This document shows positions 41,150 through 51,622 of a stretch of 64,000 nucleotides of DNA, piece after piece (positions within the stretch are counted from its first letter, which is position 1; every line of letters begins with the position of its first letter). Made by a program: the position numbers and the translations under genes. Origin of the DNA: Carcharhinus longimanus (Eukaryota); the NCBI GenBank assembly GCA_030264375.1, contig JASCQW010000175.1:8801950-8865949 (forward strand), in the 5' to 3' direction. Under the pieces are notes generated by a model. It made no database searches. It was given only the letters and a program-made list of their open reading frames with translations, and was not told the origin of the DNA.

Positions 41150-41910
41150 TTGGGACATCGCCAATAATCTCTTGCTTCTATACACAACTTCAAGATGAAT
41201 GAATGTTATAAAACTCCACAGTGCACTACCTTGCTTGAATAGAAGAGGATAGCTTTCAAAACATGAAGTACGTTGGAAAACTCAAGCTTATCCACTTTGA
41301 TGGAAAGAACAGAAAAGCAGCATACTATTGAAATTGAGAGAGATTGCAGAGCGCAAGTTAGTACAAAGGCGTCTGGGTCTCCTCATACATGAATCAAAGT
41401 TACATGCACAGCAAGTGATTAGAAAGACAAATGGAATGTTGGCATTTGTATTCTATTCCCTTTCCAATTAAAGTAGAGAAGTTTTACTGCAGCTGTACTG
41501 AGCCTTGGTGAAGCCACAGCTGGCATACAGTGCACAGTTTTGGTTACCCTATTTGAAAAAGGGTTAATTGCATTTGCAATTCAGAGAAGGTTCACTCAAT
41601 TCACTCCGGAGATGAAGGGCTTAACTTGTGAAAAAGGTTGAACAGGTTGGGTCTTTATCCATTGGTGTTTAGAAGATTGACAAATACCCTTACTGAATCA
41701 TAAAGATCCTGAGGAGCCTTGATTGGGTGGATACCAGAAGGGTGTTACCTCTTGTTGAAGACCAGGCCTTGGGGACATAATTTAAGAATGAGTTGTCTCA
41801 CTTAGGATAAAAAGGAGAATATTTTTCTCTAAGGGCTGTAAGTCTATGGAATTACCTTGCCCAGAATGCAGCAGAGACCTGGTCTTTGAAATTATGAAGA
41901 CAGAGTTAAG
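41150..41910 (+). mobile_element. Degenerate CR1 LINE 3' fragment
   Basis: CR1-type TATCCACTTTG..AAAGAACAGAAAAGCAG, GCCTTGGTGAAGCCACAGCTGG, CAGAGAAGGTTCACT. Confidence 0.7.
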
Positions 41911-44253
41911 ACACATGTTTTTATTCTTCTCTACACCATGTTCGCAGATTTAAACCTGTACATTTTTTTAAGGGGAACACTGAAGGATGGAAACCACTCT
42001 AATATTCCACTTTAGTGAGCTGCTTCTGACTGACCAGCCCCTTCCCCCACTCTGACGTAGTATAATTTCCTAGAACCAAAAAAAGTAAAAAAAAACTCAA
42101 TAGATTCTTTACTAATACAAATTACAGCTGGAAATACGTCTCTAAGTTGACGGCATGCAAATTGCAATCTGCAAGAAGTCTCTACCAAGATACATGCCTT
42201 CTCCAGGCTACTCAGAATATCCCAAATGGACAGGATCCCTCATTTAACCTATGTGAGTGGTCAGGCAGAAATACAATAAAATTGCCTTCATATCAATTCC
42301 TACAACAGTTTCTATAACTCAAATGAGCTCAGAATCTGCAAAAAAAAAAGCCAGACCCAGCATTACTATGTTGAAGGAAAGGATATTATTAAGCACCTTA
42401 ACCGGACTCAAAGGATCAGCTTTCCAGAATTTCAGCGGATGCAACTCTCTTCTTCCTACAAGCTAAAGTTGAGTTGCCCCCCCCCCCCCGTATTTTGNNN
42501 NNNNNNNCTCTTACTGGTTTCCATTTTAAGCAAAAAGCTTTACTTTCCATCAGCTTGTGGTATTGAGGGAAACTGCATTGTCAGAGCTGCTAAAAATTTC
42601 ATTTAAGAGCAGTTTCCCCACTTCCAGGCACCACCGCTCATCAAGCTCTGAATCTAAGCACTGTACATGTCTACAATGCAAAGTATAACTCTGAAAGAAG
42701 TGAAAACTTTGCTTTGAATCACAAAAAGATTAATAATCCTGTGCCCAGGAAAGCAAAAATAATAACAGAAGTGAATTACAAAACTACAACATTAAGTATT
42801 CTACACAAATTAAGACAGTGATTGGACTGGAGACGATCCTGGGGAGTTTAACTCTCTCTTAATTTATCACTTAAAGAAGTTCCAATGCAGCCATCTTGAA
42901 AGATTCCTGATTTGTACTTTACCATTTTGCTAGTGCAGAAGATGTAGGTACAATAACAGCCAATGAGTGGACCATAGAAAACTTTGATTTTTGAACACAA
43001 GGAATTATGTTGCATTTCATGTCCCTGAGATCTAAACTCCGGCTTAATTTGAAGCACTGTGCACAATATCTTACATAATCTTTGCCAATATGGAGTTAAT
43101 TCTGCCCCTGTTTGAACGCAAGGAACTAAAAAAAAATGCGACCCAAGAGTATGACAGTATTTAATGTGTTTCGAACATCAAGATGTCCTCCAATACTGGG
43201 AAACAAATTAAAGATAGTTAAAAATACATGTTACAGCTTTTAATACAACGTTTGCATGGCCCCAGCCAATTTAGTTTCAAACAGCTTTCAAAAAAAACCC
43301 GCCTTAACTAGAAATTTGTTTTAAAATAATCTCAACCTTCCATTAAGCATTTACCATCCTTCAAAGTAACAAAAATTATTGCAGTCCCAGGGCAGGCTTG
43401 CTGCTTCTCTTCCGGCAATACTGGCCTCCGTGTCATTAGTATCTCTCAAACTTGGAGAGAATCTACTCACTACAATCCAAAAAACATTTGTAGAAAAATA
43501 GATGGCATTATTATTTTGATAAAACACTTTGCAGCGATAATTAGATGTAGCAGCAAAAAAAAACAAAGGCATAAATTCAAAAGAAATATTGCTACTCATA
43601 CAATTGTCAAAACTACCACATGAAATACAGAGGCGAGAATATAACTATTTTAAATAATCCTTTGTAATATGCCCATAAATAGCTTTTGCTTCAAACTGAT
43701 CCATGGCAAGACACTTTCAACATCACAAAGTAAATGACGTAATATATGCCTCTATTGACAATTTAAGATTTTAAAATTGCTTACTGATGTTTTGCGTAAT
43801 TTCACTAATTCTGAAGACAAAAGATTTTGCAGCAGTAACAGCAGTGGTGCTTACTCCACTGAAACTGACAGCAGGGCAGAAGTGCAGAATAAGTTCAATA
43901 CTCCCTCAAGGGGTGCGCCGTAGAGGTTTTCCCCAGAGCGCGATCCCGAAGCAAGCATAAAACTGTGCACTGTGTCATTAGTCAGATCTTATTGAATGTG
44001 TAACTATGTATTAACAGCATAGTGTGTCTAATTACATCTGAACACCCTCACTGGCCCTGAAAAGCTAATTTTATCTTTGTAGCATGTCAAATATTGCCAT
44101 TATGATTTTTAAAAATCCAAATTAAGATTAAAAAAAGGAAGTTTGAATGAATTATAATATTTAATTCATTATCTGAAAATGTAGATGAAAAGTGAATCAC
44201 TGATTTTAACTTCCTGGTTGGCTAACTGTTTAGAACACTGACTCACTACTTAC

Positions 44254-44320
44254 CCTGCTTACTGACATCACTGCTGCTGGTGTTTGGTGATTTTCTCGAC
44301 TTGGCACCAGATTTAAAACA
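44254..44320 (-). ncRNA. Putative 67-nt exon
   Basis: Strong acceptor TTATTCCCCTTTTCCTGACAG| and strong donor AGG|GTAAGT. Confidence 0.5.
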
Positions 44321-44886
44321 CTGTCAGGAAAAGGGGAATAAATCCATGGTAGGGATTGCTGGATTTTTCTGGCAGCTTTCTGAGGCCATTAGCAATGACC
44401 ACCATTCCTGCACCAAAGGCCACAAAATCCAGCTCAATGTTCCCCTACCTAGAAGGCCCAGTTTGAAAGTGGAAGTTTACACTTCCTGGGGACATAGTCT
44501 CTCATCGTAAGAGTAGCTTGGGGCACACATACAGCATGACTATACTGGAGGTCCATTAAATGATGCTCTTACTAAGGTTTTTTTGTGGAGGCAGGAGCAT
44601 TTTACCATTTAACACACCAAGGAATAGTGAATGAGTTTTCCTGCTTGGTCTTAAATTGTTTTTTCAAGGTTGCAAGGTGTATCTACAGAACATGCTGGTC
44701 AAGTTGAGGGCTTTTACTTCTTTGAATGTAGGGAAGTTGGAAACAAATATTTTCTTTCACAATTACTTTTAAGTTCAAAGAAAATTATTCATGTGACAAC
44801 TCAACAGCTGAAGCTGACAGATGAGTTTCAAAAATATATACTCTCATGCTTGATCTCCTGACATTGCTGAAATAGTATTCACTTAC

Positions 44887-45004
44887 CAAACTGGCCTAAA
44901 GACAACAACTCCACATAGGTGAAGTAAGCAGTTGCAAAAGGTTACAAACTGGAAGTACTCACAGAGGCACTGGAATAGCTTGTTTACCTTCAGGCATCAC
45001 ATGG
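44887..45004 (-). ncRNA. Putative exon with alternative splice sites (42-nt exon 44963-45004 and 9-nt microexon 44887-44895)
   Basis: Acceptors ATGTTTTGCAG| and GTTGTTGTCTTTAG|; donors TCT|GTGAGT and TTG|GTAAGT. Confidence 0.4.
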
Positions 45005-45556
45005 CTGCAAAACATGCTTTGGGAGAAGGAAGATTTAAAAAGATACTGCACATGATCACTGATGATCTTTACTGGAAAAGACATGCAAGTGGATATCATG
45101 TGAGAATAGACTAAATACCCATCCAAATTTGAATAGTCTGCTACAAGTTGGTTTCATTTCCTGAGCTCTTAAGCCTTAGTTTCTTAGTTGCTCTGTGCCA
45201 GAGCTCTACATTTCACCTTGCAAAAAAAAAAATGGGCATCAGCTTTGGAGATTCCTCCAAAAAGAGAGAATTTATACTAAAAATATCTTTATCACAGTTA
45301 GAAAATTGAACTTTTAGTTCCAGTGAAAGGAACAATGCATGACCCTTAGTGACTTTCACAGTTGATTTGACATACAGATTCTATCAAACAGTATAAACAT
45401 TATCTCCTAAACTCCTCATTGTGTATTCCACTTGGATCACAAGTAAAATTGCCAAAACAAACATGCTCTTATTTCAACATAATTAAGATTGACCACTGAT
45501 ATTAGTTAACTAGAATATGTACAACCAAATCAAGAATATACAAATTCAAGAAATAC

Positions 45557-45616
45557 CTTGGCGCAGTCTGCTTTTGTTGAATCTGCAGATGGTAATACCC
45601 TGGATGTAATATTTAA
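45557..45616 (-). ncRNA. Putative 60-nt exon
   Basis: Acceptor ATTTGTCCATAG|, donor AAG|GTATTT; open in two frames but no protein recognised. Confidence 0.35.
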
Positions 45617-47754
45617 CTATGGACAAATATTCCTATCATGGACCATTTCCTAAAGAATAAATTGTGTAGAAATGATGAATGTTTTTAGTGGCTTATATTC
45701 TTTCCCATATGTAAGCACTGCTGCACTATGCTGGCTGAAATATCTCATGCCATTAATCATAAGTTCTGAAATGTTTGCTTCATTCCTTCAAAAGCAGCCT
45801 GTGTATTTTAACCAAATAGGCCAGGTTTCCGAAGCCTTAAATAGGCGGGAAACCCATGCTCATGAAGGAAATAATTTATCTGATGCACCCATTTTGTAAA
45901 TAATACAATCATGCAATTGGTCATACAATTTTGTACTGTTATTTGAAATGGTCAGTATGTGAATTGATATGTGAAAGTTGTAGGGGAGGTCAGATAATGA
46001 TTTAATAGGTATTGGTCAGCTAAACTAAATTGGTCATCAGTTTGCATATCAAGTTGTAGAAGATTTTTTGAACTTTTTTTGTCAAGTAAGTAGAAATACA
46101 TTTTCTTTAATGATAATTTGATGCATAAGAGTACAATTTACCAACTGCTTTGTGTTTTTTAAATCCAAACAAAATCTTTTCAGATATTTTTAAAAACACA
46201 CACACACATTTTCCTTTTGCTAATCACTATAGGAGCACCTTCACTGAAGAGTGCATCAGGTAATGAAATGCTGGATCTATCATGCCTGCAGCTGGTTCAC
46301 AAATGATTAGTTATCTGCCTCACCTCCCTGCAGAATAGTGAAAATATCCCAATTACTTTTCTGTGCTGACTGTATTTTATTAGGCAGCAACTGCACAAAT
46401 TAATTCAAATCATGCAAAATATAACGTAAGAGATCCATTTTATTTGATGGTATTCTCCTTCCAAATGCAATTTGTATATGGCGTTCACTTAGCTGTCTAT
46501 TCAGGTAACAATCCCCAAGCCATCTGGAGCTGGATTGGCATGTCATTATTTGATCTGGCTTGGGAAAGCTGATTGAAATGTACTAGAATAGGAAGCTTTA
46601 ACACTTAATAGCAAAAAATCAAAACCGGAAGTTTTAACCATCGTTTCAAATGAGATGCTATGTCAGGTCAGTAAAGCCACTGTTTAAAATCTTCCATTTC
46701 AATGAGATGGCTATAAGTGATGCAATTGCTGACCTTTCGGATATATATTTCTGCTCAGGGCAGACGAGATTATATCACTTTTGTACAGTGGGTGAGAAGG
46801 TACGCCTGCATGCAACAATGGAGACTGAAGAAGGTTCTATAAAATCCAAGTTACAGAACTGCCTTTTGCTGTATACCTAATGCACATTGCTTCTTTTAGT
46901 AGAAACGTCAATGAGGAATGATGAACTTGTATTTATTTTGCGACCTCAAGAGGTCACAAAAAATTTTTTCACAGCCAACGAAGTATTTGTTTTTCACTTG
47001 TGTGGACAAGTTACCTTTTTGAAATCATATGATCAGAGTTAACATTTTGACTGTTAACACTTTCAGCAGATGAAATGGTGTTTAGTATGCCATGTCTCTC
47101 TCCAGTGTAGTGGGGCGAGCTTTCAATGGCAGCTGCACATTTAGTTGAACACTGTCTTATGACTAAGGACTCTACTAATGGTAGTTTTTAAAAAAATGAA
47201 TGAGGGTTTGTACAAATTAATATATTTCTCATTCTAGATTTTCTTTAAGCTGATATGCAAAGGCACAAGTAAAATTTACAAATATAGAGTGTACCGAATC
47301 ATTATGAACATTGTAGATTCAAAATATCCTTCAATTCCCTATTTTTAAACTGGCATTACAAATGCATGATGATTTATACAATTTTATTTTTCAGGGACAA
47401 ACAATTTCATTACATTTAAAGTTATGGGTAACAGACTCATACACAGAAATACCACAAAATTAAATATCACTCAAAAAGTTTTTTTTCTTCGTGAGATTAT
47501 AGCACTGATAATTATAGATAAAAACAATTGGCAAAGATGCATTACATAGACTGTTAAGTGACATAGAAAGCTATATTTTGCTAAAAATCTCAAATAAAAA
47601 AAGGTTTAAAAATTGATAAAGGAATTTTCATCCAGTTAAAGGATGCAGCTATTACCTTGGTTAGTACTTTACAGCATCATGATTTGTTGTGTTTAACAGG
47701 CAGATAAGAAATATTGACAGGCCTGCTTAATGTATGCATTAATGTGCTAGTATA

Positions 47755-47792
47755 CACATATATACACACACACACACACACACATATATATA
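47755..47792. repeat. (TA)/(CA) microsatellite
   Basis: Direct reading: TATATACACACACACACACACACATATATATA. Confidence 0.9.
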
Positions 47793-47907
47793 AATGGCCA
47801 CTTTTTTGGGGTAACTAAAATGCCAATAAAAAAGATAAACTTCAAAAATAACAATACATTTGTGAATAACCACAAAAAGATCTAATTCCATCCATCAATA
47901 ATGTAAT

Positions 47908-48110
47908 CAAGCGCTACACAGAGGGTGGTGGGTGCCTGGAACTCGCTGCTGGGGGAAGCAGATGTGATATTAACTTTTAAGGAGTATCTTGACAAATACA
48001 TGAATAGGATGGGAAGAAGGGGATATATTCCTTGGAAGTTTAAGGGGTATTAGTTCAACACAGGCTTGGAGGGCTGAAGGGTCTGCTCCTGTGCTGTAAC
48101 TTTGTTATTT
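47908..48110 (+). mobile_element. CR1 LINE 3' end
   Basis: ACACAGAGGGTGGTGGGTGCCTGGAACTCGCTG..GGCTTGGAGGGCTGAAGGGTCTGCTCCTGTGCTGTAAC. Confidence 0.75.
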
Positions 48111-49334
48111 GTACAAGAATGCTCAGGTTTTATCAACTCAGACTTTAATTTGGTACGATAAAACAAAAGGTTGTAATTAATGAATATGAGTATTTATGTT
48201 GCCACTGATTGAATACAGTTACCATGCACATGTTGGCAGATTATAGTAAAGTGCAAGCTAACAAAAACTACTAACTGCTATTAGTGTCTCAACTACACTT
48301 CCACGTTCTCAAACGCAACTGGGTGCTCATACTATTAATAAAAAACACTTTAGCATGTTTTTGCTGGGAGTGGGCAAGGTAGTCATGAGCAAATGAACAT
48401 GAAAGAAGGAAAAGTCAACAGCACCGAGGACACTTTTTAATATTTGTACTAGAAAAACATTGGCTTTGAAAGAGAGGATGGGATTCAAAGAATTTCCTGT
48501 GAAATTTCAAACTAGAAAAAGTCAAAATTATAGAAAGGAAGGTCATGGGTCAAAAACTGAATAAATGTTCTAAAAAAAACAAGAAAAATGAAATAGACTT
48601 TGAATTCAAAAACAAATAAGAAGCAATTTGGCCTTTTTGTTTGATTAAATGTTTAGATGAAATGCACAAAGCAAATACCGTATGGGAAGACTCAAATGAG
48701 AAGATCCTGGAGCCTTGAGTAGCTGAAGCATTGAAGACTGTGATGATGATCCTGGCACTAGCATAAGCATTGTGTAAAAGGACGTATGTTTGGTCAACTG
48801 GCAAAGGAAATTTCAAAGATTTACTAACCCAAACATGACTAAGAACACCGGTTTAAATATTAATATAAAATGATATTGGTCTGTGAAGTCTCATAAAAAA
48901 GGTTAAAACAAGCTGAATCTAGGTATTACCTAAATTACATTAATTAGTCCCCCCACCACTCATCACCACCCCCCCCCCTCGTCATCCCACCCTCTCCTCC
49001 AAAATGAATGGCTGCAAAATTACTAGTATTTTAGGGGAGTTAAAGCTGAGCTGCTCCACACAAGCCAATTTACCATAGAACAAAGAATATGGTAAAATCT
49101 GAGTTGTTTTTCTATTTGGATTTCTACAGTGCAACACTGAGAATTCCTTCACTTTCAAAATAAATTACTACTTGTAACTACTGAACAGCCCACCCCTCCC
49201 CCACTCCTCCACCCCCATACACAAACCCAGCTCTTTCCTGGTTATGTAACAGACTGAAACTAAACCACCATTACTTTCCCCTCTGCAAAACAGTGACAAA
49301 AAGATAACTAAAAATGGCCCCAATTATTACTTAC

Positions 49335-49556
49335 CGGGGAGCAGGAGTAATAAAATGTATATGTTCCTCTAGTTGAGAATGGGTTAAATCCTGTGACTGT
49401 CACATTAACGCTCAACACATTAAGCGGTCTTCATTTGACTTAGCCATTTTTCACAGTTCCCAATACTAGGATATTGTTTAAGTAGGTTCTGAACCTCCAG
49501 TTAGCAGCCATTTTGGTCGTTCTGAAGGGTGACCACTTTATATAGGTTCCAGTGCA
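49335..49556 (-). ncRNA. Putative 222-nt non-coding/5'UTR exon with two short ORFs
   Basis: Acceptor TGTTTTATATTTAG|, donor CCG|GTAAGT; contains MAANWRFRTYLNNILVLGTVKNG* (49511-49440) and MAKSNEDRLMC* (49447-49412). Confidence 0.55.
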
Positions 49557-50151
49557 CTAAATATAAAACAGTTGTTTTCCAAGAAATATACCACTTTGAA
49601 TTTAAGACACAAAGCAAACGCAAATCATTTATATACATTTCATTTTGCAAGTTGTTTGCCCCTAAAATTAATATTAAAAATATCTTTTTTTGTGGTGGGG
49701 GGGGGGTTAGAAGGAGAGTGCAAAAAAGAGAAAAACTCTGTTGTTGAGACAGAAAGAAAAAAAATAATTCTGCCTACTTGGCATTAAAAGTTGATATATG
49801 AAATCTACACTTCCACAAATAAACCACAGGAACTTGCCCGAGGCATTTTAGGAGGAGGGAACAGCCACAACTGTCAGCCATTTTGAGGCTGCAGAGGCAC
49901 GGGTAGTTAAGACTACTGTAGTTTCATCCCACTTCAAACTAAACAGTTACTTCTCTATAGAGAGCAGCTAAAACATGGTTTCCTGCTCTGCAGTACCACT
50001 CTACAATTATTTACTTTAGCTGGGGTATGGGTGTATATGTTTGACTGTGTGTGTGTGTGTATATATACACACATGTGCACAATATTCCTTGCCTGCTACA
50101 GTCAGATAGCTGCAAGCGCACAACCACATTAACAACAACAACAGGACTTAC

Positions 50152-50240
50152 CAGCAGACAGCAAGCTCTGATTGTTGGGTATGCAACTACAGTATAGCAG
50201 ATGTGTCTGGAGGCGGCCCCTCACTGACGTCAACTGCCTG
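50152..50240 (-). promoter_or_regulatory. Putative promoter and short first exon of a minus-strand transcript
   Basis: Perfect CRE TGACGTCA (50225-50232), GC-rich GGGGCCGCCTCC just downstream, strong donor CTG|GTAAGT ending at 50152; AAAATGGC YY1-type motifs downstream in sense orientation (49877, 49507, 49443). Confidence 0.55.
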
Positions 50241-51522
50241 TCAGTCACACTAGGCAATTAGCAAGCAGGATTCAACTGTGTAAGTTTGCTTGCTGCTTCC
50301 TAGGAATCCAGGCCAGAGATTCCAGGCTGCCAGAGCAAGCCAGACGGCTGTTGGAACCGGCAGGCACCAGGAGGAGGGGGAAGGGGGAGGAAACAAAGAA
50401 GCCCCACTTCAAGAACATACAGGAGGAAATTGCCAGAATGCAAGATCTGCCTCTTAGTCTAAGCCTAAAACCCATTATTTAAATTTATGCCCCACTCAAA
50501 ACATGTGTGACTCCTTCCTTTTCCAGAACTATAAATTACTTTTTCTTCCCCCAAGTGATTTAAAGTCAATTAAAACCAAAATAAACACCTCAATTTTAAT
50601 CTTAAAATAGAATGAGACTGGTTTTCTAGGTTCACTTCCTTAAAATTAAAAACCCTTAAAAAATTACTTACGTAGTCAGGGAATATACTAGTGCTATATA
50701 TAAGGTATTTAATATTTTACTCTACAATTTTCACAGTACTAAAAATATCCAACACCTCAAATTTAAATTACATCATGCTTTCATTACCAATACATCTATG
50801 ATAATTTACTTTATTGAAACTAGAAATGTTCCCTCCTCTTTGTTCCATTTTCTCGCTTACTATGTTAAGTACACAGCCAGCAGCACAATCTGCTTTTCAT
50901 TTCACTGGATTTCACTGGTGGGTGAGAAAGATCTAGATGACTCACGCTCACAGAACTCGCCAGTTATAACACATCTTTGCAATTGTGAAATAAAGAGCAG
51001 GCTGGTCACCATGCATTATCCTCTGTAATAGCATATGTTCTATATGTGCTGTTTCAACATATATACATAGCCTTCTAATGTTAGTTTTGCGTCAGATCTA
51101 GTTACACTGCAAGAATTACTCAGAAAAAAGGAAATGATTGCATCAAACACCATGTTGCAGCAGACAGNNNNNNNNNNNNNNNNNNNNNNNNNNNNNNNNN
51201 NNNNNNNNNNNNNNNNNNNNNNNNNNNNACAAAAATTAGTGAATAAAATTGGGGAGAAGTACACTAGGAATACAACTGGAAAGACTTGCAAGGTCAACCC
51301 AAGGACAACACTGAAGGCCTTGTGATGTTTGCCACTTGCACGCGGTAAGCACACTGAAATAATCATGGCAATCAAATGCCCAATTCCTTCAGATGATCAA
51401 AAATAAGGTAATTGGGAAGCTTGATTTTTTTTTGGGGGGGGGGGGTGGGCAGGGAGAGAAAGAGAAAGAATTGCCTGTTAAAATTGATCCCGTAAAAAAA
51501 AACATACAGAAAAATTACTCAC

Positions 51523-51622
51523 GACAGTCTGCAAGAAGTTTTTTTTATTCCTGTCTCCTGGAGGTTGTAAACAGCTTTCCAAACAGTGAAAACTGTGATA
51601 GAGATATTTTTGCTTCAGGTTT
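51523..51622 (-). ncRNA. Putative 100-nt non-coding exon
   Basis: Acceptor GTTTTTTTTTTAG| and donor GTC|GTGAGT on the minus strand. Confidence 0.5.

Noticed and set aside
43946-43958. TGCTTGCTTCGG (minus) matches the U6 snRNA 5' end
   Set aside because: Similarity stops after 12 nt; no ACAGAGA box
3654-51375. Long ORFs in the track containing X runs (e.g. 3654-4100, 6823-7248, 21502-22059, 38242-38688)
   Set aside because: Open only because of N gaps
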